From an uncultured Melioribacter sp. (lineage in GTDB: Bacteria; Bacteroidota; Ignavibacteria; Ignavibacteriales; Melioribacteraceae), in assembly GCA_964477915.1 (NCBI GenBank), contig CAYZGB010000003.1, positions 1 to 49,094 of the forward strand: a stretch of DNA of 49,094 bases, read 5' to 3'. Below are positions 1-10,472 of the stretch, piece after piece. A program made the translations under genes and the position numbers. The notes beneath the pieces were generated by a model, which saw only the letters and a program-made list of their open reading frames with translations, was not told where the DNA came from and made no database searches. Numbering within the stretch: position 1 is the first letter of the stretch; each line of letters begins with the position of its first letter.

Positions 1-563
1 AAACAAATGCTAAAATTTCATGGACACAAGTGGAAACCGGTTCTGCGGTAACGTGGAAATATCCAAGCTGTGTTCTAAAAGGCGATAATTCAATCGGAGA
101 ATTTTACTCGATTGCGGTTACTAACAATTATCAGCAAGCGGATACCGGAACAAAGATGATTCACATCGGCAAAAACACACGCAGCACAATTGTTTCAAAA
201 GGAATCTCGGCTGGGTTTAGTCAAAACTCTTACCGCGGATTGGTAAAAATAAATAAGAGTGCAGAAGGTGCAAGAAACTTTTCGCAATGCGATTCAATGT
301 TAATGGGCGATAAATGCGGTGCACATACGTTCCCTTACATCGAAGTAGATAACGACACCGCAACTGTTGAACACGAAGCGACCACATCAAAAGTTAGCGA
401 AGAACAAATTTTTTATTTAAACCAACGCGGACTTTCCACGGAAGACGCCGTAAATATGATTGTAAACGGTTTCTGTAAAGAAGTTTTCAGAGAATTACCG
501 ATGGAATTTGCAGTTGAAGCTCAAAAACTTTTGGAAATTAGTCTTGAAGGAAGTGTTGGTTAA
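1..563 (+). CDS. sufB: Fe-S cluster assembly protein SufB, C-terminal part (5' end lies upstream of the window)
   Basis: The frame is open from base 3 ([22 protein letters not shown]...). The C-terminal SufB-type sequence [36 protein letters not shown] is followed by sufC and sufD. Confidence 0.9.
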   Translation, partial: TNAKISWTQVETGSAVTWKYPSCVLKGDNSIGEFYSIAVTNNYQQADTGTKMIHIGKNTRSTIVSKGISAGFSQNSYRGLVKINKSAEGARNFSQCDSMLMGDKCGAHTFPYIEVDNDTATVEHEATTSKVSEEQIFYLNQRGLSTEDAVNMIVNGFCKEVFRELPMEFAVEAQKLLEISLEGSVG

Positions 564-642
564 ACAAGATACAAGATAAAAGATAAAAGTAAAAAGATAA
601 AAGAATGACAAATGATAAGTTTTGAATAAGGAGAAAACGGAA

Positions 643-1395
643 ATGCTTAAAATTAAAAATTTACACGCAAGTGTCGAAGGAAAAGAAATACTGAAAGGTT
701 TGGATTTTGAAGTAAACAAAGGCGAAGTTCACGCAATAATGGGACCTAACGGTTCCGGCAAAAGCACGCTTGCAAATGTGCTTGCAGGAAATCCGAATTA
801 CGAAGTTACCGAAGGCGAAATAATTTTCGAAGGGAAAAATTTGCTCGAACTTCCACCCGAAGATAGAGCAAGAGAAGGTGTTTTTCTTGCATTTCAATAT
901 CCGGTTGAAATTCCGGGGATTACAAATTCTACTTTCCTTAAAACCGCAATTGACGAAATACGTAAATATAAAGGAGAAAAAGAACTTACGGCTAAGGAAT
1001 TCCTTGATATGATTAGGGAAAAAGCCGCTATTCTCGAAATGGATAATTCGTTAATCAGTCGTGCGGTAAACGAAGGATTTTCCGGCGGCGAAAAGAAACG
1101 TAACGAAATTTTACAATTGCTGATGTTAAATCCCAAACTTGCAGTTCTTGACGAAACCGACTCGGGACTTGACATTGACGCACTTAAAATCGTTGCAAAA
1201 GGCGTAAACACTTACCGCTCGAACGATAACGCCGTAATTTTGGTAACACACTATCAACGCTTACTCGATTACATTGTTCCCGATTTCGTTCACGTTCTTT
1301 ACAAAGGTAAAATTGTTAAATCGGGTGGAAAAGAATTGGCACTTGAACTCGAAAAGAAAGGTTACGATTGGCTTAAAAACGGCGAAGTTGCATAA
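643..1395 (+). CDS. sufC: Fe-S cluster assembly ATPase SufC
   Basis: Walker [13 protein letters not shown] signature FSGGEKKR, Walker [13 protein letters not shown] and H-loop VTHYQR. I prefer ATG 643 over the TTG at 622 because AAGGAG at 628-633 sits 9 nt upstream of it. Confidence 0.93.
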   Translation: MLKIKNLHASVEGKEILKGLDFEVNKGEVHAIMGPNGSGKSTLANVLAGNPNYEVTEGEIIFEGKNLLELPPEDRAREGVFLAFQYPVEIPGITNSTFLKTAIDEIRKYKGEKELTAKEFLDMIREKAAILEMDNSLISRAVNEGFSGGEKKRNEILQLLMLNPKLAVLDETDSGLDIDALKIVAKGVNTYRSNDNAVILVTHYQRLLDYIVPDFVHVLYKGKIVKSGGKELALELEKKGYDWLKNGEVA

Positions 1396-1406
1396 GAGAG
1401 GAAACT

Positions 1407-2687
1407 ATGAAAAAAGATTTTTCACATAACGAAAGATTTGCGGAACTATATAAAAATTGGGCTTCTGAAAACAACATCACAATAAATCAAGAAGCACTTA
1501 ATAAATTTAATTCAACGCCCTTCCCTACATTAAAAGACGAAGATTGGCGATTTACCAATGTTGCACCGATTTTAAAACAAGATTTTTCACCAACAAAAAT
1601 TAACGATACGAAAATCTCAATTGATGATTACGCTTTTTTTGAAGACTCGATTAAAATAGTAATCAACAATGGATTTTACGATAAAACGAATTCGAAAATC
1701 GGAGAACTTCCTGAAGGCGTAATTATTAAGGGATTTGCGAACGCAATTAACGGAAACATTGAAATTATTAGTGAATATCTTAATGGCGAAAAAACAAACG
1801 AAAATGCATTCGAATTACTTAATAAACTTTTCGCAACGGACGGCGTGTTCATTCAAATTAAGGATAATGTAATTCTCGAACGCCCTGTTGAAGTATTTTT
1901 TGTTTCTTCTGCCGATGATAAACCGCTAATGATTTCGCCTCGAAATTTTATTGTGCTTGGTAAAAATTCGGAAGCGAAAATCATTTTCCGCAACATTAAT
2001 TTATCGGGGAATTTTTTCTTTAATTATTGCAATAATGTCTTGGCCGGAGAAAATTCCAATTTGCAATTTTATGAATTTCGAACAGAGCCAACCGATGCTT
2101 ATTTTATTGGCTCTACTTACAACGACATTAAAAATTCCGCTGTTTACAATCATTACACATTTGATTTGAATGGAAGACTTATCCGCAATAATTTCCGTGT
2201 TGATTTGAACGGCGAAAACATTGAATGCCATTTATACGGATTTTACGTAGGACAAGAAAAAAGACACGTTGATAATCACACTTACATTGCACACAACAAA
2301 CCGAATTGTTTCAGCAACGAAATTTACAAAGGCATTTTGGACAATGAAGCAAAAGCGGTCTTTGGCGGAAGAATTTACGTTGCGAAAGATTCACAAAAAA
2401 CAAATGCTTACCAATCGAATAAAACGGTTTTGCTTTCGGATAAAGCTCGGATAGACACAAAACCGCAGTTGGAAATTTACGCAGACGACGTTAAATGTAC
2501 GCATGGTGCAACGGTCGGGCAATTGGACAAAGAAATGCTCTTTTACATTATTTCCCGCGGAATTCCGAAAGACAAAGCCCGCTCGATGTTAATTAGCGCC
2601 TTTGCAGCAGATGTTATTGAAGGTGTAAAAATTCAAGACTTGAAAGAAAAAATAAACGAAATGATTCTCAACGTTTTGGATAAGTAA
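1407..2687 (+). CDS. sufD: Fe-S cluster assembly protein SufD
   Basis: SufB/D-family C-terminus KPQLEIYADDVKCTHGATVGQLDKEMLFYIISRGI. Its position is between sufC and sufS, with an AGAGAGG RBS. Confidence 0.85.
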   Translation: MKKDFSHNERFAELYKNWASENNITINQEALNKFNSTPFPTLKDEDWRFTNVAPILKQDFSPTKINDTKISIDDYAFFEDSIKIVINNGFYDKTNSKIGELPEGVIIKGFANAINGNIEIISEYLNGEKTNENAFELLNKLFATDGVFIQIKDNVILERPVEVFFVSSADDKPLMISPRNFIVLGKNSEAKIIFRNINLSGNFFFNYCNNVLAGENSNLQFYEFRTEPTDAYFIGSTYNDIKNSAVYNHYTFDLNGRLIRNNFRVDLNGENIECHLYGFYVGQEKRHVDNHTYIAHNKPNCFSNEIYKGILDNEAKAVFGGRIYVAKDSQKTNAYQSNKTVLLSDKARIDTKPQLEIYADDVKCTHGATVGQLDKEMLFYIISRGIPKDKARSMLISAFAADVIEGVKIQDLKEKINEMILNVLDK

Positions 2688-2689
2688 AG

Positions 2690-3904
2690 ATGTTCGACGT
2701 AAATAAAATACGAAACGATTTTCCGATTCTATCCCGTAAAATCAACGGGAAAAATCTTGTTTATTTCGATAACGCCGCAACAACACAAAAGCCGCAAAGT
2801 GTAATTAGTAGAATTACCGAATATTACGAAAACGAAAATGCAAACGTTCACCGTGGAGTTTACTATTTAAGTGCCGAAGTGACTCGTTTTTACGAAGAAG
2901 CAAGAGAAATAGTTAAAGAATTTTTGAATGCCCGCAGCACCAAAGAAATCCTTTTTACAAAAGGCACAACAGATTCAATTAATCTTGTTGCAAGTTCGCT
3001 TTGCAAAAGCGGAATGCTGAACGACGGCGACGAAATAATTATTTCCGAAGCGGAACATCACGCAAACATAGTTCCTTGGCAATTGTGCGGTAAAAAATTA
3101 ATTCTAAAACCAATTCCCGTTAATGAAAACGGTGTTCTCGAAATAGAAAAATTGCCCTTGTTAATAACCGAAAAAACGAAAGTAGTTTCGGTAGGACATA
3201 TTTCAAACGTAACGGGAACAATATACGACGTAGAGAAAATTATTTCAATTGCAAAAGAAAATAATCTACTAACTTTGCTTGATGGTGCACAAGCGGTTTC
3301 GCACGTTCCCGTTGATGTAACTGTATTGGACGTTGATTTTTACGCATTTTCCGGGCACAAAGTTTTTGCCCCAACCGGAATCGGTGTTCTTTACGCAAAA
3401 GAAAATTTACTTGAAAAAATGCTTCCGTATCAAGGCGGTGGCGAAATGATTGACGAAGTAAGTTTTGGAAAAACTACGTTTAACGAATTACCTTACAAAT
3501 TCGAAGCCGGCACACCGAATATTTCCGGTGCTTTGGCACTTGCCGAGGCGTTGAACTATCTGAAAAACATAGGCTTTACCGAAATTGAAGATTACGAAAA
3601 TCAACTTACGCAATTTGCTCTTTCGCAATTTGAAAAAATAGATGGCGTTTCACTTGTTGGTAAAGCCGAACAACGTGTGCCCGTCTTTTCTTTTGTAATC
3701 GATAGCATTCATCATTACGATTTGGGAACAATGCTCGATGTAAGCGGAATTGCTGTGAGAACAGGTCATCACTGTGCACAACCTTTGATGAAACGTTTCG
3801 GTATTACGGGAACAACTCGTGCATCGCTTGCATTTTACAATACAATTGACGAACTGGAATATTTTTTCGACAAATTAAATTACTCAATAAAAATCTTGAA
3901 GTGA
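2690..3904 (+). CDS. sufS: Cysteine desulfurase SufS (PLP-dependent, class V aminotransferase fold)
   Basis: PLP-lysine region FSGHKVFAPTGIG and catalytic cysteine loop RTGHHCAQPLM. It starts 3 nt after the sufD stop. Confidence 0.9.
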   Translation: MFDVNKIRNDFPILSRKINGKNLVYFDNAATTQKPQSVISRITEYYENENANVHRGVYYLSAEVTRFYEEAREIVKEFLNARSTKEILFTKGTTDSINLVASSLCKSGMLNDGDEIIISEAEHHANIVPWQLCGKKLILKPIPVNENGVLEIEKLPLLITEKTKVVSVGHISNVTGTIYDVEKIISIAKENNLLTLLDGAQAVSHVPVDVTVLDVDFYAFSGHKVFAPTGIGVLYAKENLLEKMLPYQGGGEMIDEVSFGKTTFNELPYKFEAGTPNISGALALAEALNYLKNIGFTEIEDYENQLTQFALSQFEKIDGVSLVGKAEQRVPVFSFVIDSIHHYDLGTMLDVSGIAVRTGHHCAQPLMKRFGITGTTRASLAFYNTIDELEYFFDKLNYSIKILK

Positions 3905-3907
3905 AAA

Positions 3908-4222
3908 ATGGTTGATAAAGAAAAAATCAAACAAGATGTAATTGAAGTTCTAAAAACAATCTACGACCCCGAAATCCCCGTAAATATTTGGGATTTGGGA
4001 TTGATTTATGAAATTAATGTTGATGACGACGGAATTGTTTTTATTAAAATGACTTTAACTGCACCAGCGTGTCCCGTGGCGGAAGCATTACCAATGCAGG
4101 TAAAACAAGAATTGATGAAGCTCGAAAGTGCCAAAGGTGTATCGGTTCAACTTGTTTGGGATCCGCCGTGGTCACTCGATATGATGAGCGACGAAGCTAA
4201 ACTGACTTTGGGTTATTTGTAA
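3908..4222 (+). CDS. DUF59/MIP18-family Fe-S assembly protein (SufT-like)
   Basis: IYDPEIPVNIWDLGLIY ... TLTAPACPV is the typical DUF59 core. The 104-aa protein is tightly linked to sufS. Confidence 0.8.
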   Translation: MVDKEKIKQDVIEVLKTIYDPEIPVNIWDLGLIYEINVDDDGIVFIKMTLTAPACPVAEALPMQVKQELMKLESAKGVSVQLVWDPPWSLDMMSDEAKLTLGYL

Positions 4223-4223
4223 A

Positions 4224-4643
4224 ATGCGTTTCAGTCCGCAAGAAGAATACGGATTACGCTGTTTAATAGCCGTTGCGAAAGCGTCGGAAGAAAAACGTTC
4301 GCTTACAATTCCCGAATTAAGTGAGTTGGAAAAAATTCCCGAGCCGACGGTAGCTAAAATTTTGCGTCAATTACGCATTGGCGGATTTTTAAAAAGCGTT
4401 CGTGGACACACCGGAGGATATTCGCTTGCACGTAATCCCGAAAAAATTCTAATTAGCGATGTTTTGTTAGCATTAGGCGGACGCTTATTTGATGAAGAAA
4501 CTTGTAATAAATTTTCCGGCGATTCCGATTTTTGCATTCACATTAAAAATTGCAACGTGCGAAAACTTTGGCAAAAAATACAAAGTGCAGTTGATACTGC
4601 ATTGCAAGGAATTACATTGGAAGATTTGTTACAAATGAAGTAA
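4224..4643 (+). CDS. Rrf2-family transcriptional regulator (IscR/SufR-like, probable Fe-S sensing)
   Basis: N-terminal winged HTH (LTIPELSELEKIPEPTVAKILRQLRIGGFLKSVRGHTGGYSLA). A three-Cys cluster follows (C-x9-C-x5-C: CNKFSGDSDFCIHIKNC). It starts 1 nt after the preceding stop. Confidence 0.8.
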   Translation: MRFSPQEEYGLRCLIAVAKASEEKRSLTIPELSELEKIPEPTVAKILRQLRIGGFLKSVRGHTGGYSLARNPEKILISDVLLALGGRLFDEETCNKFSGDSDFCIHIKNCNVRKLWQKIQSAVDTALQGITLEDLLQMK

Positions 4644-4889
4644 CCTTTATATTTTGAGGGCGTGCATTATTCCCTTTCCTTTCGGGCTTTACCAAAACCT
4701 ATTGAAACAAAGTTTCTTTTTCACACAGTTCGAAACTGATTTTTGAACAGCGTTAAAATCTGTGAAAATCCGTCGTATCCGCGTTATCCGTGTTCCGTTT
4801 TAAGAAACTGAACGCTAAAATTTAATTAACTTTTTCGAATTTTAATATCTTTTTCTCTTTTTCTTTTAACATCCAATTAAAATAATGCT

Positions 4890-4897
4890 TAATTTTG
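4890..4897 (+). promoter_or_regulatory. Candidate Bacteroidota-type -7 promoter element (TAnnTTTG)
   Basis: TAATTTTG lies about 40 nt upstream of the maeB ATG at 4937. This is a motif match only. Confidence 0.3.
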
Positions 4898-4936
4898 AAT
4901 GTGTTCAAAAAAAATTTATTCATTAGAGGTAAAAAA

Positions 4937-7204
4937 ATGTCAATAACAAAAGATGAAGCTCTGAAATATCACAGTGACGGACGCCCGGGGAAAATTGAGG
5001 TAATTCCTTCGAAACCTTGCTTTACGTCGAGGGAACTATCTCTTGCTTACACTCCTGGTGTTGCAATTCCTTGTCGTGAAATCGAACAAGATGAGGACAA
5101 AGTCTTTAATTACACTACAAAAGGGAATTTGGTAGCCGTTGTTTCAAACGGAACGGCAGTATTAGGTTTGGGAAATATCGGACCTCTTGCGGGCAAACCC
5201 GTAATGGAAGGGAAAGGAGTGTTATTCAAAAGATTTGCCGATATCGATGTTTTCGATATTGAAGTTAAAACAACCGATGTTGATGAATTTGTAAATACCG
5301 TAAAACAATTGGAACCAACATTCGGAGGAATTAACCTCGAAGATATTAAAGCACCACAATGCTTCGAAATTGAGGAACGCTTAAAAGAAGAAATGAATAT
5401 TCCGGTTTTCCACGATGACCAACACGGTACTGCAATAATTTCGTGTGCGGCGCTAATTAATGCAGCGGAAATAGCCGGTAAAAAATTGGAAGATATGCGT
5501 CTTGTTGTAGTTGGTGCGGGTGCTGCGGGAATTGCTTGTAGTAATCTTTATGTTGCTGCGGGCGTAAAACGCGAAAACATTTCAATGTTCGATTCAAAAG
5601 GGCACATCCACAAAGGAAGAAACGATTTAAATAAATACAAACAAATGTTTGCACAAGAAAATGCTTACGAATCGCTCGAAGAAGCAATGAAAGGCGCCGA
5701 CGCATTTTTAGGATTATCCAAAGCAAATTTGGTTTCGAAAGAAATGGTAAAAAATATGGCGGACGACCCGATTATTTTTGCAATGGCAAATCCTGATCCC
5801 GAAATTACTTATGAGGATGCCGTTGATGCTCGTCCTGACGTAATAATGGCAACCGGAAGAAGCGATTATCCTAACCAAGTAAATAACGTTCTCGGTTTTC
5901 CATTCATTTTCCGGGGTGCTTTGGATGTTCGTGCAACCACGATTAACGAAGAAATGAAAATGGCAGCCGTACGTGCTTTAGCGGATTTGGCAAAAGAAAA
6001 AGTACCGGATGTAGTTTCTCAAGCTTACGGCGGAAAACAATTTGAATTTGGGCGTGAATATATTATTCCAAAACCATTCGATCCAAGAGTTTTATGGAAA
6101 GTTGCACCGGCAGTTGCAAAAGCAGCAATTGATTCGGGAGTTGCACGTAAGAAAATTTATGATTGGGAAGAATATGAAGAACAACTTAAAGAACGCCTCG
6201 GATATTCCAAAGAAATTTTCCGTTTGATGTATCACAAAGCACAATTAACACCTAAACGTGTTGTTTATCCCGAAGGAGAAGAAGAAACTATTATTAGAGC
6301 GGCACACGGTGTTTACGTTGGAAAAATTGCACGTCCTATTCTTTTAGGTAATCGCGAAAAAATAATTAACAAAATTAAGGAATTAGGATACGTTCCCGGC
6401 GAATTTGACATTTGTGATCCTAAAGAAAAAGAAGAAAAAGTGTTGGAATTCGCTAAATACTATTACGAAAAAAGACAACGCAAAGGAATAACTTATAAAA
6501 AAGCATTAAGAAAAATGCAAGAACCGAATTACTTCGGTTCGATGCTTGTTCAATTCGGATATGCCGATGCACTCGTTGGTGGAATGACTACCGATTATGC
6601 AACGACAATTCGCCCTGCACTCGAAAGTGTAGGAATGGAAAAAGGAATAGATATTGTTTCGGGAATGAATATCATAATTATGCAGAGAAAAGTTTACTTC
6701 TTTGCCGATACTACAGTCAACATTAATCCGAATGCCGAAGATCTTGCATCTATTGCAATTTCAGCAGCCGAAACTGTTAGACGATTTGATATTGAACCGA
6801 AAATTGCGATGGTTTCTTACAGCAATTTCGGAAGCGTAAGAAACGAAGAAACAGAAAAAATTAAAAAAGCAGTTGCAATTGTAAAAGAACGTATGCCTGA
6901 ATTAAAGATAGACGGTGAAATGCAACTCGACGTTGCACTTAATCCTTCATTGGCAAAAGACCTTTTCGATTTTTCATCAATTAAAGGTGATGCCAATGTT
7001 CTTATCTTCCCAAATCTTACAGCAGGTAACGTTGCTTACAAACTAATGGAAAGACTTGCAAACGCAACGGTTATTGGACCAATATTAATGGGAATGAAAA
7101 AATCCATACACGTCTTGCAACGTTCAACAAGTGTTGATGATGTTATCAACGTTACGGCAATTGCAGTTGTTGATGCCGAATATAAAAGCAAAGGACAAAA
7201 TTAA
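4937..7204 (+). CDS. maeB: NADP-dependent malic enzyme (malic enzyme domain fused to a phosphate-acetyltransferase-like domain)
   Basis: [25 protein letters not shown], dinucleotide fold [11 protein letters not shown] and a C-terminal PTA-like half of about 330 aa. I prefer ATG 4937 (AGAGG RBS) over the TTG at 4895. Confidence 0.9.
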   Translation: MSITKDEALKYHSDGRPGKIEVIPSKPCFTSRELSLAYTPGVAIPCREIEQDEDKVFNYTTKGNLVAVVSNGTAVLGLGNIGPLAGKPVMEGKGVLFKRFADIDVFDIEVKTTDVDEFVNTVKQLEPTFGGINLEDIKAPQCFEIEERLKEEMNIPVFHDDQHGTAIISCAALINAAEIAGKKLEDMRLVVVGAGAAGIACSNLYVAAGVKRENISMFDSKGHIHKGRNDLNKYKQMFAQENAYESLEEAMKGADAFLGLSKANLVSKEMVKNMADDPIIFAMANPDPEITYEDAVDARPDVIMATGRSDYPNQVNNVLGFPFIFRGALDVRATTINEEMKMAAVRALADLAKEKVPDVVSQAYGGKQFEFGREYIIPKPFDPRVLWKVAPAVAKAAIDSGVARKKIYDWEEYEEQLKERLGYSKEIFRLMYHKAQLTPKRVVYPEGEEETIIRAAHGVYVGKIARPILLGNREKIINKIKELGYVPGEFDICDPKEKEEKVLEFAKYYYEKRQRKGITYKKALRKMQEPNYFGSMLVQFGYADALVGGMTTDYATTIRPALESVGMEKGIDIVSGMNIIIMQRKVYFFADTTVNINPNAEDLASIAISAAETVRRFDIEPKIAMVSYSNFGSVRNEETEKIKKAVAIVKERMPELKIDGEMQLDVALNPSLAKDLFDFSSIKGDANVLIFPNLTAGNVAYKLMERLANATVIGPILMGMKKSIHVLQRSTSVDDVINVTAIAVVDAEYKSKGQN

Positions 7205-7232
7205 TAATTAAAAACTCTGTACATTTGTTTTA

Positions 7233-7270
7233 AGCGTCGTTCTTTTATAGAACGGCGCTTCTTCTTATCT
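7233..7270 (+). terminator. Rho-independent terminator after maeB
   Basis: Stem agcgtcgttc / gaacggcgct (one G-U pair), 7-nt loop, then a T-rich tail. Confidence 0.6.
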
Positions 7271-7297
7271 TTCCTTTTTCAATCATAAAAAATTATA

Positions 7298-7927
7298 ATG
7301 CTCAAAAGCTTCGGATTACTTACGGTTTCCGTCATTATTTTCTTTGCTGTAATGTTAACTTACGGCAATCTACTACGTTGTAAAGAAACACCTTTGCGCG
7401 AAGTTTTGGAAAAGAAAAAAATTGAACGGATTGAAAATCCGAAAATTATTGTTGAAACGGAAAATAATACACTGAAATTTTTTGATGGCAAAAATTTAAT
7501 TAAAAAATACAATGTTGATTTGGGACATTCCGATTTTAACCTTGTCAAAGTAAGAAAAAACTACTGCACTACGCCCAAAGGAATATTTTCAATCTGTAAA
7601 GAAACAAACAGCGAAAAATTTTATAAAAAGTTCCAATTAAGTTATCCCGATAGTTTTTACATTTACGAAGCCGAAAAATTATCTTTAATATCTAAAAAAA
7701 AGGCTTCTACAATGTTAAAAAATTTACGCTACGGATGTAGCATAAGCTTTGATAAAAAAATTTTCGGACCAAAAATTTATATTCACGGTTTCGGAAAGGC
7801 GAATTTCATTTTAAAAAATTTACCTTTTATTTTTAATTGGACAAACGGCTCAATAGCTTTGAGCAATGAAGATTTGGATGAATTAAGTCCCTACTTAAAT
7901 ATCGGGATGAAAATAATAATAATATAA
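7298..7927 (+). CDS. YkuD/L,D-transpeptidase-fold protein, membrane anchored, catalytic Cys apparently replaced by Ser
   Basis: N-terminal TM segment. TPKGIFSI ... QLSYPD ... IYIHG-x17-TNGSIALSNEDLDEL resembles the YkuD H...(S/T)xGC(I/V) layout. Confidence 0.5.
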   Translation: MLKSFGLLTVSVIIFFAVMLTYGNLLRCKETPLREVLEKKKIERIENPKIIVETENNTLKFFDGKNLIKKYNVDLGHSDFNLVKVRKNYCTTPKGIFSICKETNSEKFYKKFQLSYPDSFYIYEAEKLSLISKKKASTMLKNLRYGCSISFDKKIFGPKIYIHGFGKANFILKNLPFIFNWTNGSIALSNEDLDELSPYLNIGMKIIII

Positions 7928-7933
7928 AAACTC

Positions 7934-10048
7934 TTGAAACAAATTACATACATATTGTTTTTTTTAATTATTTCTTTCTCTTGTGCGAATGCACAAACTA
8001 TAAAACCAAAAGAATTAAATTCAATAAAATTCGAAGGTAACAATTCAATTCCGGATCACGTTCTGTTTAATGTTTTGTTTTCGCAGGAAACTCCAAGTTT
8101 TTTAAGCAAATTTTTTTACAAATTGAGTCCTTCACTTGGCAATCCTCCGATTTATTTTGACTCTTTATTAATCGAAAAAGATATTAAAAATTTGTTGATT
8201 ATCTATAAATCCTACGGTTTTTTCAAGACTAAAATTATCCCCAAAATTGAAAAATATGATACATACGTTGATTTGATCTATTTTATTAATGAAAGAGAGC
8301 GTTCGAAATACGGGAAATTAAGATTAATTGGTTTCGACAAAATTGATAGTAAAGTTCAACAAGAGATTAATAAAATTCAATTTATCGATACAACAACTTA
8401 TTATTCTGCAAATGAAATTTTTGAATATCAAACAAAAGTAATTGACGAGTTAAAAGATAACGGTTACTATCAAGCATATTTCGAAAAAACAAAAGCATTA
8501 GTCGATACATTAAAAAATTTAGTAAATGTTACGCTTATTTTAAATCCTGGGATTAGATACAAATTAGGGAATATTAAAGTTGAAATTAAAGGAAGCGATT
8601 ACACTTATGTACAACCAAAATTGGTAAATGAAATTATAAATTTAAAAGAAGGTTCTTGGTTTAACCATACTGAAATTGCAAATGCCGAAGCACGTCTTTA
8701 TCGTACCGATTTGTTCAGTTCTTCTGTAATTCAGTTAAACAACCCGGATTCGATAAAACAAATAATACCTATTGATGTAAAAACCACATTAAAATTACGT
8801 AATGACATTTCGCCGGAATTAATTGCGAATAACGAAGATAATGTATTTAACTTCGGTTTTTCGATCGGTTACACACGAAGAAATTTTTTTGGTGGTGCAC
8901 GCAAACTCAATTTACAAGCTTCCGCTACAATGCAAGATCCGATTTCAATTTTAAGTAATCTTACAAATCTCGATAGTTCTTTTTACGGTTATTCCGATGT
9001 ACGATTGAGCTTGGAACAACCGTTCCTTTTCGGCAAACCGGTTTACACCAAATTAGAGACTTACTATACACTTCAAAACAAACGAAATGAATATTTTTCA
9101 CAAATTTACGGTGTACGTTTGTTAACCGATTTTATACTTCCCCGCTATGTTTTTCTAAATGGATTAAGCGCTTTTATCCGTTCGGAAAATTCAACTTATT
9201 TTTATAAAAAAAATTACGTCTATAATCTTTTCAGAAATTATATTTTATCTAATCTTCCGCCGGAAGATCAGCAAGAGGCACTCGATTCGCTCAAAGAAGC
9301 AAATTTAAGTAACATAAGTAGTAGAGGACAAAACTTTTATCTCGGAGTAGATGCAGTTCGCAATACAACAGACGATTTCCGCTTTCCAACCAAGGGATAT
9401 TCTCTTTCACTTCATCTTGAAGATGGTAATAATTTATGGGCTTTGATAAAAAAAATTTTTAGTTCGAATTTCGAAAGACCTCAATACATAAAAGCAATTT
9501 TAACAACTGTTTATTATCCTAAAAGATTATCTACTTACACATCGGTATTTGGAATTAAATTTAAGATTGGAGAAATATATTTATTAAACGGAAAAAAATC
9601 GGAAATTCCTTTGGACGAAAGACTTTATTCTGGGGGTAGCAACTCTGTACGCGGTTGGAAAAATAGAGAGCTTGTTCCTAATAATTCCCAAATTGAAATA
9701 AACTCATCAAATCCCAAAGATTTGGAAGCAATTTTATTAAACAATTTTACACCCGGTGGATTTTCATTACTTGAAGGTTCGTTTGAATTTAGAAAAAAAT
9801 TAGTAAAAACTTTTGGTCTGGCTGTTTTTGTTGATTACGGTAATACATGGCTTGATTTTTCAGATTTCCGCTGGAACGAAGTTGCAGTTGCTTCCGGTTT
9901 CGGATTTAGATATTACACAGATTTCTTCCCAATCCGCTTCGATTTTGCCTTTAAGGTTTACGACCCTTACGATAGACGACCATTTACAAAAAAATCAATT
10001 TTCACGGAAACTTTTAATTTTCATCTTGGAATAGGCGAGGCGTTTTAA
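7934..10048 (+). CDS. Omp85/BamA-family outer-membrane protein (POTRA plus surface-antigen beta-barrel)
   Basis: Signal peptide MKQITYILFFLIISFSCANAQ with a TTG start. It has POTRA-like N-terminal modules, the barrel motif ERLYSGGSNSVRGW, and an aromatic C-terminal residue (...GIGEAF). Confidence 0.75.
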   Translation: MKQITYILFFLIISFSCANAQTIKPKELNSIKFEGNNSIPDHVLFNVLFSQETPSFLSKFFYKLSPSLGNPPIYFDSLLIEKDIKNLLIIYKSYGFFKTKIIPKIEKYDTYVDLIYFINERERSKYGKLRLIGFDKIDSKVQQEINKIQFIDTTTYYSANEIFEYQTKVIDELKDNGYYQAYFEKTKALVDTLKNLVNVTLILNPGIRYKLGNIKVEIKGSDYTYVQPKLVNEIINLKEGSWFNHTEIANAEARLYRTDLFSSSVIQLNNPDSIKQIIPIDVKTTLKLRNDISPELIANNEDNVFNFGFSIGYTRRNFFGGARKLNLQASATMQDPISILSNLTNLDSSFYGYSDVRLSLEQPFLFGKPVYTKLETYYTLQNKRNEYFSQIYGVRLLTDFILPRYVFLNGLSAFIRSENSTYFYKKNYVYNLFRNYILSNLPPEDQQEALDSLKEANLSNISSRGQNFYLGVDAVRNTTDDFRFPTKGYSLSLHLEDGNNLWALIKKIFSSNFERPQYIKAILTTVYYPKRLSTYTSVFGIKFKIGEIYLLNGKKSEIPLDERLYSGGSNSVRGWKNRELVPNNSQIEINSSNPKDLEAILLNNFTPGGFSLLEGSFEFRKKLVKTFGLAVFVDYGNTWLDFSDFRWNEVAVASGFGFRYYTDFFPIRFDFAFKVYDPYDRRPFTKKSIFTETFNFHLGIGEAF

Positions 10049-10472
10049 TTTTCGAATATCTAAAATTTTGATGTGCAACAAATTGAAAAAATCTTGGAAC
10101 TATCGTTTGCAATGACAATTTAATTTTTCTTTTCTGTTGTTCCAAAACCCGAGCTACGAGAAATCTTTAAATTAAATTTACCTCACAATCCGAAATCTTA
10201 TTATGTGCATAGTAAAGTAAAATCCCGTAGGAGCGAAAACTTTGCTGCTAAAGATTAGCCAATAAAATCAATGCTTCGTTGGAGTGAAACAGAGAAAGTC
10301 AATAAAATGAAAAAAATTTCTACACTGATTTTCGAACGAAATACAATTTTAATCAGCAAAAAAATAGTTTTAAACATTTATCATTCAACATTCAACATTC
10401 ATGATTTAAGTAAAGATTTCTCCTTATCAGAGAGCGTCGTCTTCGCCGAAATGACAGCAAAGTAAAAATAAT

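Noticed and set aside
622-642. N-terminal extensions offered by the ORF track (sufC TTG 622; maeB TTG 4895; DUF6125-like 11054; Fn3 protein 25905)
   Set aside because: In each case an internal ATG fits better. The sufC ATG has better SD spacing, the Fn3 ATG gives a cleaner signal peptide, and the others match the family N-terminus as I recall it. The extensions add non-conserved residues, and at 4895 the extension overlaps a promoter-like motif.
10271-10465. 64-aa plus-strand ORF in the BamA-to-DUF6125 gap
   Set aside because: It has no convincing RBS and a low-complexity sequence spanning a 7-nt tandem repeat. It lies inside the inverted-repeat-bounded segment, so I treat it as non-coding.
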